64,000 nt of DNA from Balanoglossus misakiensis (taxonomy: Eukaryota > Animalia > Hemichordata). The position numbers were made by a program, and so were the translations under genes. Below the pieces are notes generated by a model. That model saw nothing but the letters and a program-made list of their open reading frames with translations. It was not told the DNA's origin and searched no databases. The stretch is taken from assembly GCA_040954595.2 (NCBI GenBank), contig CM082586.2, positions 2,485,124-2,549,123 of the forward strand, given 5' to 3'. Shown one piece after another: positions 41,001 through 52,449 of the stretch; positions within the stretch are counted from its first letter, which is position 1; each line of letters opens with the position of its first letter.

Positions 41001-44000
41001 TGCTAAAACGTTGAATTGATTCTGTTTTCTCTCTCCAGATGTTGATAAGTCCTATTTACAGTCCAACACCAGCAACACAGCCAATGAATTCACCATTTGC
41101 TGTTCATAAACAGGTAAGGCATCTGGCTGATATTTGGCTGATCGTTAGACCTTTATTGTGTTTGGTGTTTTACATGCTGGTCCCGTTTTTCTGAATATTT
41201 CATATTGATGTCCATTCCCTTGACAGGCTTTCCACTCTATTGCCAAGTGCGTGGCCGTTCTGACAATGACCTGTTCTGGCGAGGGTTCTAATGTGGTGGT
41301 TCAGTTCGTCAGTGATGTCAAGGTGAGTCGAAAACATGCCAGTAGATTGAGAAGAGTAGTTTGGTTTGATACAAGTCTCTTCTGTACAAAGATAAAAGTC
41401 TGTGTCGTTTTGTGTACCATGTGGTTTGGTAGATACTTATACCCAAACTGTTATTTGGTATTTCATTTTCAGAATCCTAAATCAACGGACTCCATTCGTC
41501 TCTTTGCATTACTGGCACTTGGAGAAATCGGCAAGCATGTGTAAGTACATTATTCACTTGTTGACAAAACTTTTTATCTCATTTTACTTTTCTTTGATGC
41601 CTGTCTGACTGTTTATTTTCACTACGTGTCATTGCAGAGATCTGGGGAGTCAGAGTGACCTACAAGCTGTCATTATCAATGCTTTCTCGTCTCCCAATGA
41701 AGAAGTCAAATCTGCAGCATCCTATGCATTAGGTAAGTTGGTAATTTGTCTCAGAAAAATTTCAGTCATTATCTCTTTGGAGTTTATAACACCTAAAAAT
41801 ACATAACTGAAACCCAGCCAAAGTTGGCCAGGTTCTTTGCATGCAAGTTGCTGCAGCTTGTATCATGATCTGTGTTTTTTCTCCCTCCCTCAACAGGCAA
41901 CATCAGTGTCGGAAACCTGTCTCTGTATTTACCCTTTGTGTTACGTGAAATAGAAACTCAGCCCAAGAGACAGTACCTGCTGTTACATTCTCTCAAAGAG
42001 GTGAGCTTTCAGATAACAAGGTCTTACTCTGAAACTGAAACTGAAGCAGTGTAACTAGTGTGTTCAATATTTTTCAATGAAACTGGAGGATTATGGTTAG
42101 TCTTTTTCATACCATATTTAAAAGCCTTTAAAAACAACTCTACCTTGTTGCTTTCAGATCATTGCATGTGAATCTGTCAGTGCATCAGCTGTTGAACACA
42201 TAAAACCATTTGTTGGAAATATCTGGTAAGTCAACCATTTGTCTTGTCAACCTGATTTTGTTATCAAGTCAGGGATTTGTTATGAAAGGAGTTGTATTTC
42301 AGTGTCATATACAAAACCCTTTTGCTGTGATTTTCCCACAGGGAATTACTCTTCAATCACTGTCAATGTCCAGAGGAAGGCACCAGGAATGTTGTCGCCG
42401 AATGTCTGGGAAAATTGACCCTCATTGACCCAGCCATGCTACTACCAAAGCTTAAGGTGAATATATTGAAATTTTCTTGATTAAAACAGTTGTGTGTGTA
42501 CATCATGCTTACATAGAGCATTGCGAGCACAAAAGGGTATACTACAAAAAAGCATATAGAGTATATTGTAAGGTCTCTAAGTGGTTAGTTGCTCTGATTG
42601 AATTCAGTAGTTGCTAATAAGGTGATCCTGCTGTGTTAAATGTCTATTTCTAGGGTAACTTGAAGTCATCTTCACCGTTCACAAGGAGTACAGTCGTAAC
42701 TGCAGTCAAGTTTACCATCTCTGATCATGTGAGTATCCAGCCCATCAATCAATCCTGACATATCTTTTGTATTATGGAACACACTCTTCAGAAAATCAAC
42801 CCGGGCCTGATTATGTGAAAGTATGACTGCCATATTTCCTTCCTTCCAGCCTCAGCCTGTTGACTCGCTTCTTAGGAATTGCATCGGTGATTTTCTGAGC
42901 ACCATGGAAGATCCGGATTTGAATGTCAGGCGGGTGGCCTTAGTCACGTTCAATTCAGCTGCTCACAATAAACCGTCACTCATTAGGGACTTGCTTGATG
43001 ATATTCTACCACACCTCTACAATGAAACCAAAGTCAGGGTGAGTTTTGTTACGTTTCTCCAACATCATCATGTTGCTTCATCAGCAGTGTTCTTCTACAC
43101 ATCATCTTTGAAAACAGACATCTCAGTGTAACAGCATAGAGACATACTTCTGAATGATGGTCTGACAGAAATATATAATGTTGCCTGTACTTTGTGTTTT
43201 TCTTGTCATCAGAGAGATCTGATTCGTGAAGTTGAAATGGGTCCGTTCAAACACACAGTGGATGACGGACTTGATATTAGGAAGGTGAGTTGTTCTAAAA
43301 CCAAGTCAGTCATTAAAAATTCGGAATCAATGACATAATGTTATATAGTTTGCATACTTGGTAGGAGTTGATCTGGAGAGACGACTATTCTAATTTTCAT
43401 GTCACTCTTGTCTTGCAGGCTGCTTTCGAATGCATGTACACATTGTTGGACGCCTGCTTGGACAGGCTAGATATTTTTGAATTCTTGAACCATGTAGAAG
43501 ACGGTCTCAAAGACCATTATGACATCAAGGTAAGTGTTAAGAAATCCCTGCTTCACTGCTGTAGTGGATCATGTATATTGCGAAGATCCCAAGATGTAAC
43601 TTTAGTGTCCACGTTCAGTAGGGCTGCCACACTGAATACCAATAGTCATGAAATAGATCATTGAGCTTACAACCCTCCAGAGCAGACTCTTTATTGGATT
43701 AAATGCCGCGAGTGTGCAGTGTTGGCTTTTAAGAAATTCTAAAGTTACAGGTATATGAATCCTCTGTTTCTGATTTCTTTTCTAGATGCTTACTTATCTA
43801 ATGCTGGCAAGGTTGTCATATCTCTGTCCTAGTGCTATTCTGCAACGTGAGTATATACATGTGTGTCGCACTCAAGGGTTTACTGAAGTCTTTGTGGTCA
43901 ACAGTATCAATGATCCTTGGGAGTGTGAGATTCTATTAGTACAAGCTATGCAAGGGAAATTGCATAATTATGTAATTGGGCTGCATGTATCATTTTGATT

Positions 44001-44490
44001 GACAGGTCTTGACAGGTTGATTGAACCTCTGAGGGCCACCTGCACCACCAAGGTCAAGGCCAACTCTGTGAAACAGGAGTTTGAGAAGCAGGATGAGTTG
44101 AAGAGATCTGCCATGCGAGCTGTAGCTGCTCTGATGGCTATCCCAGACAGTGGTGAGTTGAGAGTGACTGTAGTTGGGGTCTCAGAGTTCATTATATTGA
44201 TCTTGATATATGATGTAGGAGTATCACTGGTGAACCTGAGTTCAGAGTTCATAGCGTTGAATGTCAAGTTGAATTTAGTTCAAGCTATATAGTTCACAGC
44301 TTTTGTGAATTTTTGCTGAACTTCCATTCACGTTGTCTTGTTCATCTTTTTTCCTCCAGATAAAAATCCACTGATGAATGAATTTGTCTCCCAAATCCGG
44401 TCGAGTCCTGAAATGTCTACCATGTTTGATAGTATTCAGAAAGACGCAGCGGCCAGTGTTAGCACCGACTCAATCATGGACACCAGTTAA
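35091..44490 (+). CDS. CAND1: Cullin-associated NEDD8-dissociated protein 1 (HEAT repeat), ~35 short exons
   Basis: [154 protein letters not shown]; stop TAA at 44488-44490. Confidence 0.98.
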
Positions 44491-45584
44491 ATATTCAAGA
44501 ATACACTGAATAATAATTCAAAGACACATACACAATTGGGTGTAGTGTATACCAGTTATTGGAAGAATAATACCAATTTTGGGTGCTCTTTACTTGTACA
44601 GGCTATTGTAGTGATGATGGTGTCCAGTGTAATAACTGACACATAGTCAGTTTGTATTGCTTAGCTTCTGAAGCTTCTAAGATGTTAGTTCTTCAAAATC
44701 GTGACCTCGTTGTTCCTCTCCGTCAGTGTCAATTTTCCAGCCCCCGTTTCAAATTCAGCAGAAATTGATGAATTGTTGGCATTAATGAACTTTGATTTTT
44801 TTTAAATTTGAAATGTGGTTGCTTTGAGTGGGCAGGAACCCTTGAAAAATGTCTACCGCATCTGATATTCAGTAAGCTAGGTGGCATTTCTAGTTCTGTG
44901 GGCTGATTGGTCCAGCACTGCAAGAATGTTGAGGTATCCTGAATTAAGGCTGTGTTGGTTTTTCACTCTGGTAATGTACCGGTATAAGGTAACGAGTTGT
45001 CAGAAAAGGTCAGGTTGAAATGTACAAGCACAGCGCCCTCTACAGCCATGTGACCAAACATACAGAACATCGCCCTCACAAGACCGATCTAAACAAGTTT
45101 ACATTACCATCTGCTCATCAAATTGCAAGGAGAACTCGCCTGTAATTGAGGTCATAACTTTAACGTAGACATGCTTGGTTTTTCTCTAATCATATGTTTA
45201 ATACAGTATTGGAAGTTTTATCTAGGCCAGCGAAGGCTGCAATTTTTTTCACCAAGGAGTTGTACAATAAGTTCTTAGAACATAGAATGGAAAAGTGAAT
45301 TCCAGCGCCGTAACAAAATGTTACTTTGTTTCCCAGAGTTGAAATAAACCACTCAATGAGAAATGAACTGGTATGTGTGTATGAAAGGCATTTAGTTGTG
45401 AAAATGTGAGACTGAATCAACCAGGGTTTTATTGAAATTGTGTAATTGTGTGTACTGATTATTATTGTACTGATCGCAATTGAAATACAGTAGCAACTTG
45501 GTAAAAACTTGGCCAAAGTGGTTTCCTCAATATATCTGTTGTTGAAGAGGGTTCTGGCCCCTTAGTTCTAGCTCCATGGTCAAA

Positions 45585-46441
45585 CTATATTTCATACTCG
45601 GTCTTATTTAGTTCTATCCAGTTTAGAAACTTTGTAGTGAAGTCTTTATGTGCTACTAAATCTAACAAGGTGTCGCTATCTGCTTCTGCATCGTGGGAAG
45701 ACGCGTCATATACATACTCCAAATGATTATCACAGAGATCGGCGAGAGTGTGGCTCTCATCTGGTAAAGTTTTCTGGAAAAACAACAGACTATCAGCGGC
45801 GTATAAACTACAGTCGCTCAAACCCGGAATTTCTATTTTATCCACCTCTCTCTTCAGTATTTTGAAATCGAAATTGTCGCCGGCATGAGCGACCAAGCAG
45901 ATTGGCTGCACCTGCCGCAAGAGAAAGCATTTTATGGACATGATCAAATTCTGGTCCGTCTCCTGTTTGCCGTACTTTTCCAGTAGCTCCTTGCTCAGAC
46001 CCGTCTTTTCCTCCGTCCCGGAAGCAACTTGTTTTCTTGGGGCGACGCACATGACAAGCTTGTCTTGAACACGCGGGGTGACACCTTCAGCCGACGCTTT
46101 GGTAAAAGCCTTCCTGGGCACGGCGATCATGGCTATTTCGGTCATGTCTGGTATTTTCTTCCTGTTCGGACAGGGAAGCGCGGTGGCCTCTACATCGAGG
46201 AACACAAACGTTTGCGTAACTGTGCTTGTTTTATCTTTCTCGGCTGTGCTCGTTTCTTCTTGTTTCTTTTCTTCAGTTTTGACCTTCTATAGGGTTTAAG
46301 CAGAAAACATTGCCTATTCTATGCAGTTAGGTGTCAAACTGAAAAAAAAAAACATCTTTCGTTTTCAACTTTTTGCGATTTCCGTCACGTTGTTTCACCA
46401 TAATCATCGTTACTTACTTGTTGGCGATTTCTACGGCCCAT
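45585..46441 (-). CDS. TREX1/TREX2-like DEDDh 3'-5' DNA exonuclease with intact active site; exons 46441-46418 and 46286-45585, ~241 aa
   Basis: ExoI TFVFLDVEATAL, TREX-typical PRVQDKLVMCVAP, ExoII PICLVAHAGDNFDFKILKRE, ExoIII SHDAEADSDTL. First exon MGRRNRQQ ends at a CAA|GTAAGT donor. No C-terminal TM tail. Confidence 0.9.
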
Positions 46442-48016
46442 ACTTTAATCATGTGACACGGTGCGAATCGTCTCGGAAATCTGTTGGAGCAATATAAACA
46501 ATGGTTACAGTCATGCCAGATTATATAGTCTATATAAACAAAGTATAGACCTAATAAAGATAAACCATGAACGGTGCAAAAGCATCGACACGTCAGATGT
46601 GGATATAATACGGTAGAGCGTGACGCTAAATCATAATTGTTCTTCAGTACATTTTAATATATTTTTCATATATATAGTTCTATGCTGACAAAACTTAAGT
46701 ACGCGAGGGACTCACCTTGTTTGAAGGGCGTATTTTTGCTATACGCAGATTCAACTGAATCAGTCAAAGTCCAGTCGTGTACGGTCGCTCACAATGGTGT
46801 TACTACCAAGTATCTGCGCACCTGTACGTGTATGGAGAAGTCGCGTATATTAAATCTAACACATTCTAAATTAACTTTTTATATATGGTGGAAACGACCG
46901 AATTCTACAGAAATAAACACAGATATGAACAGTTAAACGGAAATCATAACATACAATTCTATATATGGTCATGTGTATACGTGGCTACAATGATACACAT
47001 ATCTCTGGCTCTGTGAATTCGGCGAATCTGCAGATGGTCGTCGCTTTGTAAGGGTTAAAGGTCAGGTTCCTCATAACTCACAATGTCACACATCTACACA
47101 TTTTTCCACCATCTCGCTATGGCCCACAGCCCTCCCACCGACACTCAGTCCTGTGTCTTTTATGAAAAAAATACGTTTATATGAACCCAAAATATGAATT
47201 AAAAAATCGCCACTATGTGAGTAGCATGGACTCCATGGTGAGTAGCGACACTGGGGCACCTCGTGACTTCGACAGTCCATTCGCCATTTCAAAAATCAAA
47301 ATTATTTCAGCTGTAACAGATTCCAAAAACGTACGATTGGCCATTCAGTTCAAACGCTTCGATTTTGTACTTCACAGAAACGTACTTACCAGTAAACGTG
47401 CGATATGTCGTAATGATTATTGACTGTAAGCATCCATGTCATCCGAACGATGGTACAGAATTGTATGCGCAAACAATGTCGTATCTATTTATAGACTTGT
47501 ATGCGTAATTAGGTCAGTTCCACGGAAATCATCCCAGGTGTGCATTGTCTCTGCAGTGTACCGAGAACTCGCGTTCCGCGAAAGGACCAGGATCATTGCG
47601 CGTGCGCAACAGGTGGTTGTCACTGTTACGAAGATGGGGGCCCGGGGGACGGATGTACACATATTTCGCTGCTCAATGGACTGAGTGAACCATCTACTTT
47701 ATATCGCAGTCTTAGACTAGTATCTTTACATGGGAGTGAAAAAAGAGGAATAAAAGTACAATACTTGCCAGCACCACAAGGAATACTACCATAAGCTTTA
47801 TAAAAAAAAGTTGTTAAAACATGACAACATTCACCCGAGAAAAGAAGTCTCAACCAAAACATTTCAACTGACACTAATGGCCAAAACGTCATCAACACAA
47901 ATGTCTCATAACATGTACAGGTGATAAAAAGTGATTAATAGTATTATTATAGAGTCACGATTAACAATAACATTATAAATGTATGTTACATGTATTTTGG
48001 TTTTATATAATCTGTT

Positions 48017-49201
48017 CTACAACCCAAAGACCTTTTGTGCCAAGCCTGGATCTTCGCGCTGCAAATGGCTTCGAATCTCCACCATTTTGAGTCCTTGTTC
48101 TATGACACTGCGTGGGTTTCCTTTCGGAATGAAGTAGCCAGCGGTGTGCATGACAACGAGGTTTCCTCTGTCGTCGAATCCAGGACTGCCGGATGATCCT
48201 TGAAGGAAGGAAGACTGATAGACCGTTCCATCGGGTCGCGTTAGCGCAACCCTCAGCGTTTCGTTCTCCCAATTTGTATCAATGGTGTTTCCGTAGAAAG
48301 AGTAGTTGGCCGACATTGCCAGTTGAACCGAGGGGTCTTCGATAGGATTCTGACTGATCGCGCATCGAGGATCGATGCGCTTTGGTTTGCCCCCAGGATG
48401 GCCTATGAGCGCTATGTATGCTCCTTCGTCTGAGGGTGGCGGGCCGATCAGTGTATCCAAGCCAGGAGGAAGGAGAGGAGGAAGGTGGTTCTTCTCCAAT
48501 TCACAAACGGCATAATCCGGATTGTCATTCATGCATCTGATATGTGTCACCCTTACACAATGGTGATTTTCTCCCGCCGTTTCTTCGTAGTTGAAACACA
48601 CGATGAGATGGCCTACCAATGCTTGTCTTATTTTTTCCATGTCCGTGACGCCATTTCCACATATCAGTTGCAAGACGTGAAAATTAGTGATGAAGAAATT
48701 GTCGCCTACTCTGAAACCACTTCCCAGCGCACTATCAACGCCAGCTCTTTTTATGAGGCCCACAGAATTACTGTATTCTATCAATCGTTTCATGTGCGAA
48801 ATACTCAAGGTGGTGTCGTTAATATAGGCTAGCTTTTGCTGCCACATTAACTGTTTTTCATCTGTTACTTTTCCTATCCCCGGCCGCATCTTCTGCAGCT
48901 GACGACCGGCTGGAGTTCCCTCTGCACTATCTTCAGGGAAGTACTTTTTGAATCTCGGATCACTTAGCAGATCCATCTTGGGAAGTTTCGTCAGTATCTC
49001 TTTCATAGCGCTCCAGTATCCACCGGGAAAGGGATGTGATATAATCAACTTTACTAAATCATCAATACTTTCCGCCTTTTCGAGTCGACCTGCGGCAACT
49101 TTAAATCCGCTCAAGTATGTCTTAACTCTCCTTATATCTGTCGTTTCCAATTCATCAAATAATTGAATCAAATCTTCCTTGGAACTCGAATCATCTGCCA
49201 T
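48017..49201 (-). CDS. Death-fold (DED/PYD-like) domain fused to a FAM111-like trypsin-family serine protease, single coding exon, ~394 aa
   Basis: The N-terminal ~85 aa show the death-fold helical pattern (LIQLFDELETTDIRRVKTYL...RLEKAESIDDLVKLII...YWSAMKEILTKLPKMDLL). The C-terminal part has the triad TNFHVL / DYAVCEL / GSSGSP and FAM111 hallmarks SNSVG, FNYEE, LIGHPGGKPKRID, FDDRGNLVVMHTAGY, SVIEQG. Confidence 0.85.
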   Translation of the reverse strand: MADDSSSKEDLIQLFDELETTDIRRVKTYLSGFKVAAGRLEKAESIDDLVKLIISHPFPGGYWSAMKEILTKLPKMDLLSDPRFKKYFPEDSAEGTPAGRQLQKMRPGIGKVTDEKQLMWQQKLAYINDTTLSISHMKRLIEYSNSVGLIKRAGVDSALGSGFRVGDNFFITNFHVLQLICGNGVTDMEKIRQALVGHLIVCFNYEETAGENHHCVRVTHIRCMNDNPDYAVCELEKNHLPPLLPPGLDTLIGPPPSDEGAYIALIGHPGGKPKRIDPRCAISQNPIEDPSVQLAMSANYSFYGNTIDTNWENETLRVALTRPDGTVYQSSFLQGSSGSPGFDDRGNLVVMHTAGYFIPKGNPRSVIEQGLKMVEIRSHLQREDPGLAQKVFGL

Positions 49202-50935
49202 TATATGTGTTGAACTGTGAAATAATGTGAAATAAAGCTTGCTGAAATTATATGTCAATCTAAGGGCGTCAAGTCCTGGGGCACTCTTCCCGGTCCTTGT
49301 GTAGGGTAGGGGTCAGAATTCTACATTTTGGCCAAATACTGATGTCTAAAATCTACATTTTCTAAAATGATGTGTCAAAAGTCTACGTCTACTCAACTAA
49401 ATATGGCCGATGTGCATAACGCCACCATACGACTGACATGGGCGCAAAATACGTCCCAAGACAAAATATACCGACCATTGATCATTTTACTGTGTGTTTA
49501 TAGAATGACAGCTCAATGGTAAATCTAACGACCACTTAAGTTCTTATACTAATAGTGATAGAAAGAGGTCAATGCGTGAACTCGTGGAACCGGGTCTATG
49601 GTAAAACATTCTAGCAAAATCACTTTGATGCTATGCCCCGTGTGTGGGAGCTCTGTCTGGTCATGTCAGCGTTTACAGTTACACTGTGGTCCGTGGTGGC
49701 AGGCGTAATATATTATCCTACTTATGAGGAGGGCGGACACTTCTTTAATAAAGACTACGACCCGCCATATTGTAATCACCCTATTACCATGCAGTTTTTT
49801 TTCAGCGAAACTAAAGTGAAAGTAAAAGTGATGTGTGTTTATTCCCATTGTAGATCGACTGAAAAGCATCTCTTCTTTGTACAGGCCATTACCATCAAAA
49901 CAGTGGAAGAGAAGAAATGATAGACCGTCAAATCTTACGCAGGAGTGATCAACCAAGCCTAGCTAAGTCACGAAAACACCTACCTTGTCGAATCGACCTT
50001 TCATATCGCTACATGTGCACAGCGAATTCCGAACAACAACACCTGCGTTGGCACCAACCTCATTGATTAGTTTTCACACACAATGTCATACAGCCGCATA
50101 CACATATCGCATACAACAGGTACATTGGCATTTCACGAAATAGACTAAGTTGAGGTGTTTAATTGCCAAGTCTTGAAAGCTATCATATACAAAACATGAT
50201 CTAACTCCAAACAAGGTAAAACTATAAGTAACACGTGTACATTTGATAACGCTATGTCCCAGTTTAATACTTACATTCGACAAAAGACTGTATTCCGTGC
50301 AATGGTGGTGTCTCTATGATGTCTCGATCAGGGACCGACGCGGTGCCTTCTCAGTGTGTTCCAGAAAAAGAGAACTACTCGACAGGAGTAAAGGTAATAT
50401 AAAGCTTAAGCCTAAGGACATCATGTCTATAAATAGACGCATTACGTACACTGTTCACGTGACGCTTCAGTAGCTATTGGGACACCAACACCAGGTTTTA
50501 TTTCAGTCAATCAATCAATCGCCCAGCCTATCTCGCTATTTGTCGAGTAGACGTGACATTACAGGTTATCATGGCTTCAAGGCATGTATATGTTTAGACC
50601 AATACAAATCATATGATTCATACGTTTTTTGTATGACACACCTTTTCCAATGAAACTAAAGTGAAAATGAAATTGCCATTAAGCTTTATTTATAAGCGTA
50701 TATACACACAAAAACACATATGTAGTACAGTCATTGTAGGGAAATTGCACGAGATCTGGAGAGTGACATAAATTGCAATTTATGTAATTGTTTTATCGGG
50801 CAACATGAAGGAAGTGATCACATCTAATTTTTATGTACGCGTCAAGATAAGCTTAGGCATTTTTTTTCAAATGCTGACTGCTAATACACTGTAGTATCAA
50901 CACACATGTTACATTCACACCACTCCGCGGCAGTT

Positions 50936-52449
50936 TTACGTGTTTTTGGAGGCGCTGAACATTTGTGCGTGGCTATCGGCCCATGCAAGAAACTCTTTCT
51001 TCCAAGGGTGGTGAAATGCCAGTCTGAACAGTATTTTAGCATCTTTTGCAGCGCACCAACTTTGCTGAGTCCCGAGATATTTCCTGGCCAGTGCGTCCAA
51101 TGAGCGTGGCTTTTCTGGCTCCGTTTCCCTGAAGAATTCCAAGGAATCAACCGACCTGACTTTGGGCAGTTTTTCTGCAACTTTGTAGAATTCATTGCGC
51201 AGGATGGGGAATTGAAAAGCGTTGCCGTTGTGAGCCACGAGGCAAACCGGCGTGGGGAGTCTCTTCAGAAATGACGTGATTACTGTGTATGTCTCTTTGT
51301 CCATGGGTTTGAAGGCTGAGACGTGATGTGCGTCGATCTGGTGGTGTTCCCTGGCGGTGGGTTCGATCGGCTGTTTCGGGGACATGCAGACAACGAGACT
51401 GTTTGTGATGCGTGGCTTTCGGCCGACAGGTGGTGGCCTACTTTGCATTTCTTCTCTGGTCACCGCGAGAAGAGCCAGTTCGATGACGTCAGGCTTCACA
51501 CTGGGGTCGTCGTCACTGATCAAACCCGTGGTTTCCATGCAGAGAAACACGAATGTTTTGTGTCGTGGCATGACGAGCTAAGAGAAAGAAACCATAAGCA
51601 ATGTGAATAAGACGTTCTCTGTACACATTGATGATTTTCACAAGAGGAAATTAAAAGACATAACTCCCCTTTTATATCAGTTGCTCTTTTACCACAAACT
51701 TCAAACCGTTTTACCACAGTACATAGATTTCCTTACCGATTCTTCAATACCCGTTGGGGTTCCTACAGTCCCGGATGTTGAATCTGTAAAATATTGTCTC
51801 CCTATGTCTCCGAAACCTCGTCGGCTTCTGCGTAAAGCTGCAGTCCATGCACAGGGCAGGTTCAACCTTCCATTAAAATGAAACCGTGAATTTAAAAAGA
51901 CATAAATAGCATCCAGATGATGATTATGATGGATCGATGATTTGCTCGGGAAAATCAGTCTTATTCAAGTAATTCTTCGGACACAACAAATATATTTAGC
52001 GACAATTTTTTTTGGTCACAGAAGTAACAGGCGAATAAATGCAGTTCGTGCAATCAGTTCGTCTGTCGAAATGAAATCCACATAATTGATCGATTTGATA
52101 GTACGTACTTCGACCTCAGTAACTAAGACCACAAAACTCCCATTTAGTTTTCATACTGACACCATGCTTAGGTAATTTGTGTGTGTTGTATAATCATTGA
52201 CACACAGTGTTGGCGTTTTGCCAATTTCGCGCACTTTGAAGTATATGATCGTTGCAAATTTCTGTGCGTGTCCTGACAAGATTTGAAGACTTTTGTCGCC
52301 AGGTCATACTCGACAAAAAATCTTAATTCTGTGGGACGCTCGAAGCGCGATTACGCAGATTGTCACTTAGAAAACTCAAGTATTTAACATAGCCATTACC
52401 TTGGTAACATGGGAACCAAATTTCGTCGGACAATGCTAGTCGTTGCCAT
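50936..52449 (-). CDS. Catalytically degenerate TREX-like protein with putative mitochondrial presequence; exons 52449-52400, 51866-51737, 51577-50936, ~273 aa
   Basis: TREX fold is kept (TFVFLCMETTGL, PRITNSLVVCMSP, PVCLVAHNGNAFQFPILRNEF, VDSLEFFR) but ExoI D>C, ExoII D>Q, and the ExoIII His is lost (SWCAAKDA). Two upstream exons splice in frame from an aaccATGg start. AATAAA on minus at ~50690. Confidence 0.82.
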
